A stretch of DNA of 64,000 bases from Sphyrna mokarran (Eukaryota): positions 14,570,001-14,634,000 of the forward strand of contig JAGIQG010000019.1 of NCBI GenBank assembly GCA_024679065.1, in the 5' to 3' direction. Every line of letters starts with the position of its first letter. The stretch's first letter is position 1. The notes beneath the pieces are model-generated. The model saw only the letters and a list, made by a program, of their open reading frames with translations, had not been told where the DNA came from and searched no databases. This document shows, piece after piece, positions 50,878 to 63,759 of the stretch. Made by a program: the position numbers and the translations under genes.

Positions 50878-53800
50878 TTTATTTTAGCTGGGAGGTTAGC
50901 TGGAGTGTTTCGGCAGGGTTTAAACTAATATGGAGGGGGGGGTGGGGAGACAGAGGGAACTGGGAGTGGGAGAGAGATGGGTGACAGGGTAAGTCCAGAG
51001 GGTAGGCAGGAGGATCAGAGAGGCCCTGAGGGTCTTCAATGCATGTGTTTTAATGCGAGGAGTGTGACTGGTAAAACAGATGAACTGAAGGTAATAATGT
51101 TCACAAGGAATTTAGAAGTGGTGGCGGTGACTGAGACGTGGTTAAAGGAGGGGCAGGCAATTGAATATTCCAGGGTATAAATGTTTTAGGCATGACAGAG
51201 GTGGTTTGAAGAGAGGAGGGGGAGTGGCGTTATTAGTTAAGGATTACATCATAGCAGTGCAGAGGGAGGGTGGTATGGATGATTTAGGAATTGAGTCGCT
51301 ATGGGTGGAGTTGAGGAATAGGAAGGGAGAGGTTACTATGTTGGGTGTGTACTACAGACCGCCCAACAGCCCGCGGGCCGTGGAAGAAGGAATATGCAGG
51401 GACATTTTAGATAAGTGTAGGAAGAATAGGGTGGTTGTAGTGGGAGATTTCAATTTCCCTGGGGTAGATTGGAAGGTGCCCAGAGCAGAAGGTGCGGATG
51501 GGGAGGAATTTGTACAGTGTGTTTGGAAGGGTCCTTGGAGCAGTATGTGGATAGCCCGACTAGAGAGGGGGCTATACTGGATTTGGTTCTGGGGAATGAG
51601 CCAGGGTAGGTGGTTGACATTGTAGTAGGAGAGCATGTGTCAAATAGTGACCACAACTCTGTCTGCTTTCGGATATTAATGGAAAAAGATGAAGCCTGCC
51701 TTAAAGGGAGGGCTAGATACAGCCAGATTAGGCAGGATCTTAAGGATACCGACTGGGATAAGCTGTTCGAGGGTAAGTCGACCCATGTGGGAGTCTTTCA
51801 AGGGAAAACTAAAATCTTTGCAGGAAAGACACGTGCCGGTAAGGGGGAAGGATGGGAAAGGTAGGGTTAGAGAACCGTGGGTTACTAGGGATATTGAGGG
51901 CCTGGTCAGGAAGAAGCAGGAGGCGTACGTTAGATCTAGGCAACTGGGGACAGAGACAGCGCTGGAAGAATATAGAGACTGTAGACGGGATCTTAAAAGG
52001 GGTGTCAGAAAGGCAAAAAGGGGCCACGAAATGGCTTTGGCAGGTAGGATTAAGGAAAATCCTAAGGCATTTTACTCCTATGTAAGGAGCAAAAGGATGG
52101 TTAGAGGCAAGATTGGACCTCTCGGGGACAGAGGAGGGGATCTATGCTTAGAGCCTGAGGGAATGGGGGAGATCCTGAATGAATACTTTGCGTCGGTATT
52201 CACGCGGGAGAGGGGCCTGATGTTTGGTGCCGACTTTGAGAAATTTGAGGACCCGTTAAAGGAAATAATCATTACGAGGGAAGAGGTGTTGGGGCTTTTA
52301 GGCAGCATAAAGACTTATAAAGCTCCAGGGCCTGATGGCATTTACCCCAGGCTGCTAAGGGAGGTGAGAGATGACCTTGCTGGGCCTCTGACGCAAATCT
52401 TTGTCTCTTCTTTGGACACAGGTGAAGTCCCAGAGGACTGGAGGATAGCAAATGTAGTACCGTTGTTTAAAAAGGGTCAGAGGGATAACCCAGGGAACTA
52501 TAGGCCGGTGAGCTTGACTTCAGTTATAGGTAAGCTAATGGAGAGGATTCTCAGGGACAGGATGTATGAACATCTGGAGCGCTGCAATCTGATCAGGGAT
52601 ACGCAGCATGGCTTCGTTAAGGGGAGGTCGTGCCTTACGAATCTAGTGGAATTTTTTGAAGAGGTGACAAAAATGGTTGATGAAAGACAAGCCTTGGATG
52701 TTGTCTATATGGATTTCAGTAAGGCGTTTGACAAGGTTCCTCATGGTCGGCTGATAGAAAAAGTGAAGGCGCATGGGATACAGGGCCAGGTATGTAGATG
52801 GGTTGAGAACTGGCTTGGGAGGAGGAGACAGCGGGTAGTAGTGGAAGGCTCTTTTTCCAACTGGAGGTCTGTCACTAGTGGTGTGCCACAGGGCTCAGTA
52901 CTAGGACTTCTTCTATTTGTGGTTTATATAAATGACTTGGAAGAGGGGGTAGGTGGTGTGATCAGCAAATTTGCTGATGACACTAAGATGCTTGGATTGG
53001 TGGGTACTGAGGAGCAGTGCCAGGCAATACAACAGGGCATAGATAGTCTGGTAGATTGGGCAGATAGATGGCAAATGGAATTTAATCCGGATAAATGCAA
53101 GGTGATGCATTTTGGCCGGAATAATGTAGAGGGGAGTTATAAGATAAAAGGAAAAACTATCCAGAGTATAGAGACACAGGGAGACCTGGGGGTGCAGGTT
53201 CACAAATCTCTGAAGGTGTCAGTACAGGTGGAGAATGTGATAAAGAAAGCGTATGGTATGTTAGCCTTCATAGGAAGGGGTATAGAATACAAGAGTAGGA
53301 GTCTGATGTTGCAAGGGTATAGAACGTTGGTTAGGCCTCACTTGGAGTACTGCGTCCAGTTCTGGTCACCGTACTACCGGAAGGATGTGGAGGCCTTGGA
53401 GAGAGTGCAGAGGAGATTTACCAGGATGCTGCCTGGTATGGAAGGGCTGTCTTACGAGGAAAGGTTGAACGCACTGGGTTGTTTTCCCTTGAAAGACGTC
53501 GGCTGAGAGGGGATCTATTAGAGGTATATAAGATTATGAGGGGTATAGATAGAGTAAATGGTGGTAAGCTTTTTCCACCATTAGAAATGGATAGAATGAG
53601 GGGTCATGGCCTTAGGGTGAGGGGGGCTATGTATAAGATGAATATTAGAGGGCAGTTTTTTACACAAAGGGTAGTGGGGGTGTGGAATGCACTGCCGAGT
53701 AAGGTGGTGGGAGCAGGCACGTTAGGGTTGTTTAAGGGTCTCTTGGACAGCCACATGAGCGGTCTGCAGATAGAGGGATATAGCAGGACTGTCTAAATAT

Positions 53801-54271
53801 CTTATTTGTTTCCACAGGCAATTCGGTCCACCTTGTTGACCAACAAGGTGCATGCATTCAGCAGGTCGTGCGAGGGCTGCTCTTTGATGTTGCTTCAGGA
53901 GTGGCCTAGTGCTTCAAGTCGTTTGTGTATGCTTAAACTGGACCTTCTGATGGGCAACATGACAGCTCAGAGACTATCGCTGTTGCTGTGCAGACACATG
54001 GATTTGGGCCTGTGTCTGCGGGAGTTTGCGCGTTCTCCCCGTGGTTGCGTGGGTTTTCTCCGGGTGCTCCGGTTTCCTCCCACATCCCAAAAATGCGCTC
54101 TTAGGCTGATTGGATAACAAATTGTCCCTATATTGGTCCCTATATGGGAATCTTCCACAATAGGCATAGCCTAAAGTTACAGATATGTCATTAAGACGTT
54201 AGGACGACGGCGCGGGCTCGTTGGGCCGAAGGGCCTGTTTCCCGTGCTGTGTTGCTCTTTGTTCTTTGTTC
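50878..54271 (+). mobile_element. Young 5'-truncated CR1 LINE: ORF1 end, near-complete ORF2, long 3' UTR
   Basis: ORF1 end ILAGRLAGVFRQGLN*; tail (tctttgt)n; candidate TSD ctagaa (50872-50877 / 54271-54276). Confidence 0.92.
50977..53796 (+). pseudogene. CR1 ORF2 (APE endonuclease + RT) with a few frameshifts
   Basis: FNARS, VTETWL, GVYYRPP, VGDFN, SDHN (endonuclease); KAPGPDG, YRPVSLTS, DFSKAFD, GVPQGSVLG, FADDTK (RT; 605-aa open frame). Confidence 0.95.
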
Positions 54272-55420
54272 TAGAACGAAGGATATATGATTATAATCTG
54301 GAAGGGAAGAAAGGCATGCTATCGGAATCGGAACATGAACTGAACTGATACCCGTCAATCCAAACAAAATACCATTCATGGTGAATGCTAAAGAAATATG
54401 AGACGATTTTATTCTCTTCACAAAATAATCAGATATGAGGAAAAATTATAAGTCTGCACATTGGCCCTGAGTTTTCTGGACTCCAGCCATTGCAGCAGGA
54501 TTCCCTGGGAAAAGGCAAAGTGCTAGATAGGTTAAAGCTTATGTATTGCTCTCCTTTCCCCATGGCAGGTAGACAGGCTCTGGCTATTTTTAGCCACAGA
54601 GCACAGATGTATCCTGGCAATGCACTCCTCGTGTCCCCATGTAACTTAGGCATCGTGGTGATTGTCCCTTTAAAGGCAACATGGCAGGGTCAGGGTCACC
54701 TGACCTGGGTGACCAATCAGGAGTGGGAAATCTCATCTGGAGGAGGTGTTCCTCTAGGCACAGGTGTTTTCGATCTGGCTGCAAACGTGCTGCTGGCTTT
54801 CAACATCATGAAATAAATCTCTTTTTGATGAAGTCTCTGAAAGTGCAGTATTCCAGGTACCATCTTGCAGGTTGGATATGCCCAGGTCTGGTCATCACTG
54901 GGGGGTACCATAGATAGGCTTGTACATATATTTAGCAGCCTCACAGCATGGGTCTGAATGTCCAACATGTATCTAAGTACTGAGAGAAAGATTCAAATAC
55001 ACTGAAGCAACTAAAATTAACATACGAACACAGGAGCAGGAATAAACAGATCTGTATAGGCCCGTGTAAAAAAAAACATAATAGAACAATAATTGCCAAA
55101 TGTGATCAAGATGCTGAGTAGCTTTTATGAACTAATTGAATGTTAAATGGTTGTCTTAAACATCTCAACAAATTGAGGTTAATATTCAATTTTTTCTTTG
55201 CAATTGTGGTAATGTACTCAGTTTATATATTGCCAATATTACAACAAGATCCTGACATCACAGCTTCTAAAGACTGTATACCAAAGAATATTGTTATGAG
55301 TTAGGCAGAAGCAACATCTCATGATAAGTAGTAATGATACATGAAGAAGGAGGTAAAACTCAAGAGTAATCATAAAATCTCTTTGAGGGATTGTCTCCTT
55401 TGGTCTTTGGTAACCAATAG

Positions 55421-55534
55421 GGCATTACTGTTCTTCAGGTAACCTGCATAAGGTCAATCGAAAAGGAAATCGTTATGAATACACGATGATATCCCGACCG
55501 TTTCCACAGTGTTCGCATGCACATCAAAGTGAAG
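55421..55534 (+). CDS. Candidate 114-nt exon, unidentified
   Basis: AG at 55419-20 (or 55437-38), strong donor AAG|GTAAGA, open frame HYCSSGNLHKVNRKGNRYEYTMISRPFPQCSHAHQSE, six CpGs retained. Confidence 0.3.
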
Positions 55535-55932
55535 GTAAGACATAGAGACTCTGTAATTGCAGATCCATTTATATACATGAAAATATACCAAATATTTGTA
55601 CATTGCAAAACTGCAGACACATGCTTATGAAGTCGCAATTTCTGATGACTAAGATGACATTTCTTAAAATGACTGTACAATAGCTTACAGAACATACATG
55701 GAATACTTCCAAATAAAATCAAAACGAAAACTGCAGGCAGTTTTATGGTGAGCTTATGGCATTTAATTTACCAAAGGGAAGGTATTATCGTAACTGACTG
55801 AAGCAATTATTGCTAGGACTACACGCACTGTATAAAAGAGTAACTAAACTGGTTTGCCATTCTTGGAGAGTTAGGGCTGGATTTTGTTTTTAAAAGCTGC
55901 CTTTAGTGAGATGGGGTGCTGGGGGTGAGGGA

Positions 55933-56003
55933 CATGATGTGGAGATGCCGGCATTGGACTGGGGTGAGCACAGGTTGTCCTGTAGGACTTTAATCTGGTG
56001 TTC
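55933..56003 (-). mobile_element. Very short Penelope insertion with inverted tip
   Basis: catgatgtggagatgccggcattggactgggg; TSD ggtgaggga 55924-55932 / 56004-56012. Confidence 0.8.
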
Positions 56004-57199
56004 GGTGAGGGAATGTGAGGAGTCATTTTGGAATTATACAGCAAGTGAATAGACTCACCACACAAACTCATCCAAAACATCACCACTAAAATATGGCTTA
56101 CTGGAGGTTTCCCATGTAGGGAATTGCCTACAAAATGCAACGGCAAGAAATAGTTTTGCTCAAGTTAGATACAAGTGGTTTCTCTGTAAATTGTACCTGA
56201 ATAAATCATGTGACTTGTTGAAAATGTCATTTTTAGGTGATGTTTTGTACTCAGAGATCTAGTGAACAGAACTTGTTACTTTTGTAGTTATTTTCTTCAG
56301 TGACCACCAGGAAGCAGTAAGTGTCACTTTAATCTTGCATGATTAGTTTTGCAAAAATAAAATGTATTTGTGAGCTCAATTCTTGGCAGAACTCTGGCCA
56401 TTTGTTTTGTGAAATCTTTATAATATTAAGGTAGAACTGGTTAGCCCAACTGAGATGGCACTTTGAGATCCTAGACATTTCAATCTCTTCACATATGTCT
56501 CAATTTCTATAAACGAGAGATGGTTTCTATGGTTCTATGGAAATGAGAATGATAGGAAGTCTCCTTTCTCCTTAATGTATTTTGCAATTTTAACTTTAGA
56601 GTATTAGTTACAATTAAGCAAGAACATCATGTGAAATAATTGAATGGTTCATACAGAAAAAGACAGACAAAAGGAAACATTTTAGACTACAAATCCACAG
56701 CAGTCTACCTGTCAAGAATCAAGTATTAATCGCATATTGGAAAGCTCCAAAGCTATTTCTTCCATGAATAATAAATGAAGACATGTTCATTATTCACACT
56801 ACTGTGCTTTGAAATGTGGTGTACTGCTTTTTGGTATAGCCATTTAATTTTAATATCATTAATTTAATACATTTAATTGAAGAATTATACAAGGGAAACA
56901 CTGAAGTCATTTCTCATGGTGCTCCAATTTCTCACTGAATTCTGACGTGCTTTCTTATTCAAACAGCTTCTGCAAGTGAAATAAATCTCTTATGTGTGAA
57001 ACTAGCATAAATATTTTGATGCCCTTGAAGGCCTAGAGCTGCTTTGAAAAGCTGCCTGTCCATGAGGTGTGGTATCTGGAATGGGGATGAGGGAACATGA
57101 GGGGTTGTTTTGGAATTGAATCACAAGTGAATGGACTCAACCCCCCAAAAAAGTTGCAACTAAAATATGGCTTAATGGAGATTTTCCTGAGCCTTGTGA

Positions 57200-57400
57200 A
57201 TTGGGTCAGGTGGGTGTGACTACAGCGTCCTGACAAGTTTCTTCAACTGGGGCTTATAATGCAACCTTGACCATCGGTGCTGTATCGCACCCACCCACCC
57301 CCTTTCCAGTTATATCGCAGCACCGATGGTCAAGGTTGCATTATAAGCCCCAGTTGAAGAAACTTGTCAGGACACTGTGGTCACACCCACCTGACCCAAT
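57200..57400. repeat. Inverted repeat, 83-bp arms, 35-bp spacer
   Basis: 57200-57282 is the reverse complement of 57318-57400 with 2 mismatches. Confidence 0.95.
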
Positions 57401-59822
57401 ACTTGAAGTAGACACATTAAAGGTGATTACCTTGAATAAAATTGTTGCAGCTTTTTAAACTTTCTCCAGAATAATGAGTTTCTTTCTTTGAGTTCGTTTA
57501 AAAATTGAAGATTTTTATGTCTTTAATGGTGGAGCTTAATTTTTCAACAGGAAACACTCTCTCTGTGCTACAGAAAGAGCAGTCCTTATAATTTCATTTC
57601 TTAAAAATGGTTTTCTTCCATGAATTTGAGGTGATATATGATGGTAATCATCTTATTCAGCTTACTGATGCTTACTATCCTGTAGCTGTCGTGATACATT
57701 CATCACACGATAGCCTATCAGACCTGATCTGATTCCACTAAACTATGCATTAGTATGGTTCATTAATGATCAGCAGTATCGTGCCTAATGGATTCCAGGG
57801 TGAGTCAAACTGACTGGGTCAGAAAATGAGCCTTCTAGAAGCAGTGCGATAGAGGAGACCATTTGCATTCTGAAATCTCATTCTTAGTATCTATACAACA
57901 AGAGGAGGAGTCCATGCCAGCCCCTCCAAACACCTGAAATACCTGGTTAATCCATTGGTGGTACTTTTCAACAATTTCCTATGGATGTCGCCAGTAATAA
58001 ACCACCTCAAAATGGTGCCCTTGATTTTACACTGGCAAGGCCTTAGATGGGATGCCCCAATTATTAGCAACTTAAGGGCTATTTCCTGTCCAACCACAAT
58101 TTTTTTTTAGGCTGGCAGGAGGATGAACCTGGCATGAAGGGAGCCCAAAAAAGAATGGGTTCATGGGTAAGAAGTGAATTTTGGGTAGGAAGTGAGCGGA
58201 TGCCTCCATCAGAAGCACTTTTCTGACTGCAGAACCCTGCCCCCCACTCCTCCCCCTCCAATACCCCCACTCCCCCCACCCATCACCACCCAAGTCCCAT
58301 GGCCATCGACTCTCCCTCATCATCTAACTTCCTCCCTTCAAACTATCCCCACTCTCTGTACTCTCCATCTCAGCCGTGACTTCCCTACTGTCCCTGCCCT
58401 AGGATCCCTTAAATGCACTTTATTCTCTCGAATCCTGGGACTTAGGCTCAGGCACCTTCCTGAAGTTCCCCTTCAGCCCATTGCAACCCTTGTTGACTAT
58501 TCAAGTCAGCTGACAGCTCTCGAGGCATGGCTTTCCTCCTGAGGAGCGGAGGTCCACCTACAGCCACGTAACGCTGGTTAGAGAGTGAAATAGCTGCAGG
58601 GCACTCTGTCTTGGCGGGGACGTGTTCCCCACTGACCCTTCACCCAGTGGGAAGGGAAACCTTACCATATGAAATATTCAGACTCTGTGATGTGGGTGAC
58701 CAATGCTATTCAATGATGGAAGCTTGTCCGCCCCACGCAGGCTGGTGTAGTCAGGACACGGGGCTTTCTTGAGCCTAGATAAGCAAAGAAAGAATGAACT
58801 TGCATTTGCATATTGCCTTTCATGCCTCAGGATGGCTACAACTCTTTCAGCTAAGGATATCATTTTGATTTCACTTCTGCAATAAATCAGGAACAAATTG
58901 GTACACATTAAACTCTCAAAATAGCTATGAGATAATGCCTAGTTGCTGGGAGGTTTGGGAGAAGGGGGACTAGTACCTCTGAAACCAATCCCCCCCTCAC
59001 CTTGGTGCTTTTGGCTTTCCCATCCGCTGGAGGTAGACGTACAGAAATAGAAACAGTTTGGCTGGATTCTTGCGGCCTGCAGCTAGTGTCACTGAGATGC
59101 AGCAGGTTGGGAAATGGGGGCTGGCGCGATGGATGGCAACCTATTGAAGTGCAGCAGTTTGACAGTCAGCATCCACAGTGTTGTGAACATTTGAACACTA
59201 TTGGCTGGATTTTCACTCACAGGTCAGAGCGCAAACTCAGGACAATTCCCGGCTCAGCAAAATCCAATCCGGGGGACGGTGGATTCTCCGTTGAGTTGGC
59301 AGGGTTTCCTGGGATCAGGACCAGGAAGTTCGCAAAAATGAAATATTTAAAATGCTTTAAAAAAAGATTCAGATACCTGTCTGTCTTTCTGCCTGTTTCC
59401 AGTGTGCTCTGATCTGGGACTGTTCTCTGGCTCTGGGAGATGCACGTGCGTTCCTGATGCAAATCCCGGAATAAGGCTGGTAAATTGCATCTCCCCACTG
59501 GCCTGCCAGAAAAGTTGCAGGTCGGGAAGGGAGAATCACCCCCTATATTTCAGATGCCTCTCACACAAGTGGCAGTTTCTGATTCCATTGGGCTGCATGA
59601 AATGTGCACATGCTATTTTTCTACATGTGGCTGTGTTTGGGGGCTGGACTATCGATTCACGCCTCTTCTGACATGATGGTCGTTGCGAGAATGCAGGATG
59701 ACACAACTTTCTGAAATCTGTCAGATTTCCCAAGGAAAATCTAGTCCCTGTGTCTTGACCTAAAACACTTGCTCCCATCTGTATGCTCCAGTGCGCCGCT
59801 CCACTTTGGCTGGTGCTACAGC

Positions 59823-60010
59823 TAGTAAAAAAGCGAGCTTTCAACACTCCCGTGTCTTCCTCAGGCACTGCACTTGCCTGAGGAAGACACGGGAGTGTTG
59901 AAAGCTCGCTTTTTTACTATCAAATAAATCGGTTGGATTAATAATTGGTGTTGCTAAATTCTTACTGAGTTCTTACCACCCGAATCCAACGCTGGCATCT
60001 TTACATCATG
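59823..60010 (+). mobile_element. Young Penelope-like insertion with perfect 45-bp inverted repeat and hammerhead core
   Basis: Arms 59823-59867 / 59875-59919; CTGAGGA-a-gacac-ggga-gtgtt-GAAA; TSD gctacagctagta 59815-59827 / 60011-60023. Confidence 0.9.
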
Positions 60011-61469
60011 GCTACAGCTAGTAGCAGCAGGTTCTAATGTAACCTGATCTATACGGTTGTTGCATAAGGGCACTGTTGTGGTGTGTTCGTCTATAAATAT
60101 TCTGTTCTTTCCTCTTACAGTGGCACAGCAAGTCAGTTATGTCTTTCTTTCTTACCAGTGATTTGAAATGCGAAGGTAATGTCACTAATCCTGTTCTCCC
60201 ACTGGGGAGATTTGTTCAGAGGGACTGTATGTCAGTAATGTTACACTGCTGGAGTCAGATCTCCAACCCAAAAGCTGCTTTCATACAGCTTCCTGCTGCT
60301 AGAGGATATTCACCAAAATCACTCTAACATATAGCTCTTCCTTATCATTCAATATTCTGCTGCAGTTTGATGTTGTTTCTTTTTATTGATTTGCTTGTAT
60401 CCTCCATTCCTAAATTTCTCTGATAGCATCTTTATAGTTTGTTTTGTGCCTAAAGTGTCAGAACACTAGGTAGCAATGACTTTCTGACTACAGACCGCTT
60501 TTCCTGCCCCTGCTTGGAAAGTGGTGGATGTGGAGAGAGCTGTCAATTATTCTGCTGTAGCACAAAGCTTTGCTGCAAAGCCCAAGCATCAGGACTAAAA
60601 AATAATACAAGTCCATAAAAGCAGCACATGATCAAAAACAAAAGTGTACCCCTCCCTCTGCCTGCACCCCACCTCCAGCTGAAAGAAAGGAAGATGGGAC
60701 TTTGCAGCGTGGAAGAGGTTCAGTAGATTTCTGGTACATTTCAATGTGCTCCCCTGTAGGAAGCATTCACACTCCTTCCTCTCTGAAGGGTAATGATTCT
60801 GTCAAGTGTTGGTACAGCTCTGGAGGTAGTTAATGAGCTATAATCTGGAAAGAAGTGTCCAACAGCAGTTCATCAAGTAGCCGGCAGGGAAAGACAGTCA
60901 AGGAGAGATTTGAATTCTAATTTTAAACTTGGATAGGCAGGGGCCAAGACAGTTGGTGAATCATTTTACAAAACTAAAGGAAATCCAGTGCCATTACTGG
61001 CAGTGTTTCTGTATATATACAAATCTTTGAAGGATATTATTCCTGAAAGAATTTTTAAAAAGTGTACGGTGGGGGGCACAGATGTGCATAGGTAAGAGAC
61101 TTTGGACTGACGTTCAGCAAGACTAGAAACAGGGGGTGTGGATTCTAATTAACCCAAGCATGTTTCTTTCACAGAGGGAACATGCAAATGTTTGTGCTGC
61201 CCACTCTTTACCATGATTAGAGCGTGCAACCACTGCTAAGCACACTTCACAAGATGCACCATCAGGAGAAACTGGTACAATGCCAGGCTATCCTGTACCA
61301 TTTCCAGTTAGCCCACATCTCTTAAAGGCATTTTAAAGGGAGCAGGTATCCTAAGTGGTTGGGGAAGAGTGTCCATACAGACATTCCTAAACAATGGTGC
61401 AACCAGGAAGAGAGCACACCCTAAGCTTCTCCAACGTGGCATTGGGGCCCTTGGTAAGCCAAGGAAGGA

Positions 61470-61742
61470 TGGTGAACGAAGCCCAGTCCATTACTCAAAC
61501 CAGCTTCCCATCCATTGACACTATCTACATTTCCCACTGCCTCAGAAAATAAGTCAGCATAATCAAGGACCCTACTCACCCTGGCATTCTCTCTTCCACC
61601 TTCTTCTGTTGGGAAAGTGATACAAAAGTCTGAGGACACGTATCAACTGACTCAAGAACAGCTTCTTCCTTGCTGCCATCAGACTTTTGAATAGACCTAC
61701 CTTGCATTAAGTTGACCTTTCTCTACACTCTAGCTATGACCG
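61470..61742 (+). mobile_element. Rex1/Babar LINE 3' fragment
   Basis: FPSIDTIY...SIIKDPTHPG...LKNSFFLAAIRLLN. Confidence 0.8.
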
Positions 61743-62309
61743 TGGAAGGGGCGGTGTAGGAGTGATCAGTCACAAAGGCTGGCTATAACTGGAGGATGCA
61801 CATGGACAATGGTGCTCTCTGCTGCTATCAGCTGGCTTTCAAGCAAATTATGCCCCACACATTCCTCTGCTGGTAGAAATCAAGTTTGGCTTGATTTTTT
61901 TTGTCAAAGTCAGATTAGATTCAATTTTTAAGTCATCTAAAAAAGATGTGAATTTCTTCAGTTTTCATATTCATTTGGCACTTGAGTTTTTTTTTGTTAA
62001 GATCTTTTCTGAAAGGTTTTGCTTCCAGAATTGTGATCATTTTCAGATCTATTAGTCAGTCAGCATCAATTTTCACATCATGGGTCAATTTTGTCCAGTG
62101 TGAGTGATATATGTGTAGGCATTTAAAAAAATTATAGTTCATAGATACAAATATAGTGAGAACAGGGAGAAATCTGAAAGTTGTAGAAGAGGTGGACAAA
62201 ACCTTCGGAGAAATTACCAAAGGCTCAGGCTAGCTGCTACAGTGAGGTATTAGATGCCAAAAGCAATGGGAGAAATATTTTGAAGGTAGGAATGAACATG
62301 TGACATGCA

Positions 62310-62652
62310 CAGATATGATGAGGTATAGTGAGGGCATGGATAACAGGTCTTACAGATATAAGGTGTAATGAGGGATATAAATAATGGGCCATATAAATAT
62401 GGTAAGTTGTACTGAGGGCATGGATAATTGGCCATATAGATATGATACAGTGTGGTGAGGGATATGGATAACAGGCTATATGAATATGATAAGGTGTACT
62501 GAGAGGCATGGATAATAGGCCATATAGATATGGTAGGGTGTAGTGAGGGATATGGATATCAGGCCATACAGATATGGTAAAGTGTAGTGAGAGAGATGGA
62601 TAACAGGCCATATAAATGTGATGCAGTGCAGTGAAGGGCATGAATAGAAGCC
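62310..62652 (+). repeat. Minisatellite, 43-44 bp unit, about 8 diverged copies
   Basis: Unit starts at 62408, 62451, 62495, 62539, 62583 (tgtagtgagggatatggataacaggccatatagatatggtaagg). Confidence 0.9.
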
Positions 62653-63759
62653 ATGCAAAGACTCAAAGGAAAACAGTTAGGGCCAGAAACCTTAGACTTA
62701 CTTTAATGAAGGAGATGAATTGGAGAAAGCCAGTTAAAGAACTCTAAAAGTCCAGAAATAAATGTGTGTGTAAACAGCCCTGAGAAAAGAGAAGGCTTGT
62801 CAGGAGAGGGAGATTACTTGAAGGAAATAAGCTGACATCAGTATATAATTCAGTGACTTGTTGATTTGTTGAAATTTGAGAGGTTTATTTTGCTATTATT
62901 TCCATTGGCAGTGCGTTTGCACATTGCTGGAGCACAGCGGTCAGCGTTTTATCAACTGTATTGCATTTCCCAGGAACCAATCAGGATTTTAATGGGAAAT
63001 TTGAAGAGATGAGGATTTGTGTGTGATTGCCAATTTGATTTTGTGATGAAGATACAGTTACATTTTAATATAGATTATTTGCTTGTGACTTATGTATATC
63101 CACGATTCTCAAATGTATTTGAGTGCTTATTAAATAGTAATTTTATTTAATCTAATTTGACCAGAAATTTAAAATGCTTAGCAACAGACATAATGAAAGA
63201 AATCTTCCAGATCAACGTCTAAAATAACTTCAGTTATTGGAAATTATTAGCTGTGAGATAGCCCACTGTGCAAAGTGGACACAAAAGTGCCAAATGAAGA
63301 AAAACATTAAATTGATTAAAGCTTTTATATCTCCCTCTAAGAGTAAGTGCTGCGTTCACTTTTGGGAGCTAGTTGCCCTCATTAGAGGCAGCATTTGCCA
63401 GCAGTTTTAGGATGGTGAATGCATTTTTGGTAATGATTTTATCATCCATTCTCTACCGCTCCCCAAAGACTTCATTTCATCGAAAAGAGAAGATACATTG
63501 TACCTTTCAGATCTGTCAGAAGTATGCTGCTCATTTCTGTATTATATGTGGATTTTTCCAAATTTACAATTTGCCTGAGGAGGTAATTTGTGTGATTTCG
63601 ACCAAGACTGCTCTGAAAAAGTCAAGAAGGTGGACTTAAAATTGAGCACAAAGAGACAAATAAATCTACAAATGACTGTAGGGCAGTTGGAACAATGGCA
63701 CAGTGTTTAGGTTATGACTAATGACACAGTGTCTTACTTGTGACTAATAAATAAACTTT

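Noticed and set aside
59823-59919. Intrinsic terminator or pre-miRNA
   Set aside because: Explained by a Penelope inverted end within a TSD-bounded insertion
62310-62652. Minisatellite as CRISPR array, or 134-aa ORF as a gene
   Set aside because: Units are contiguous and degenerate with no spacers; the ORF is a by-product of the repeat
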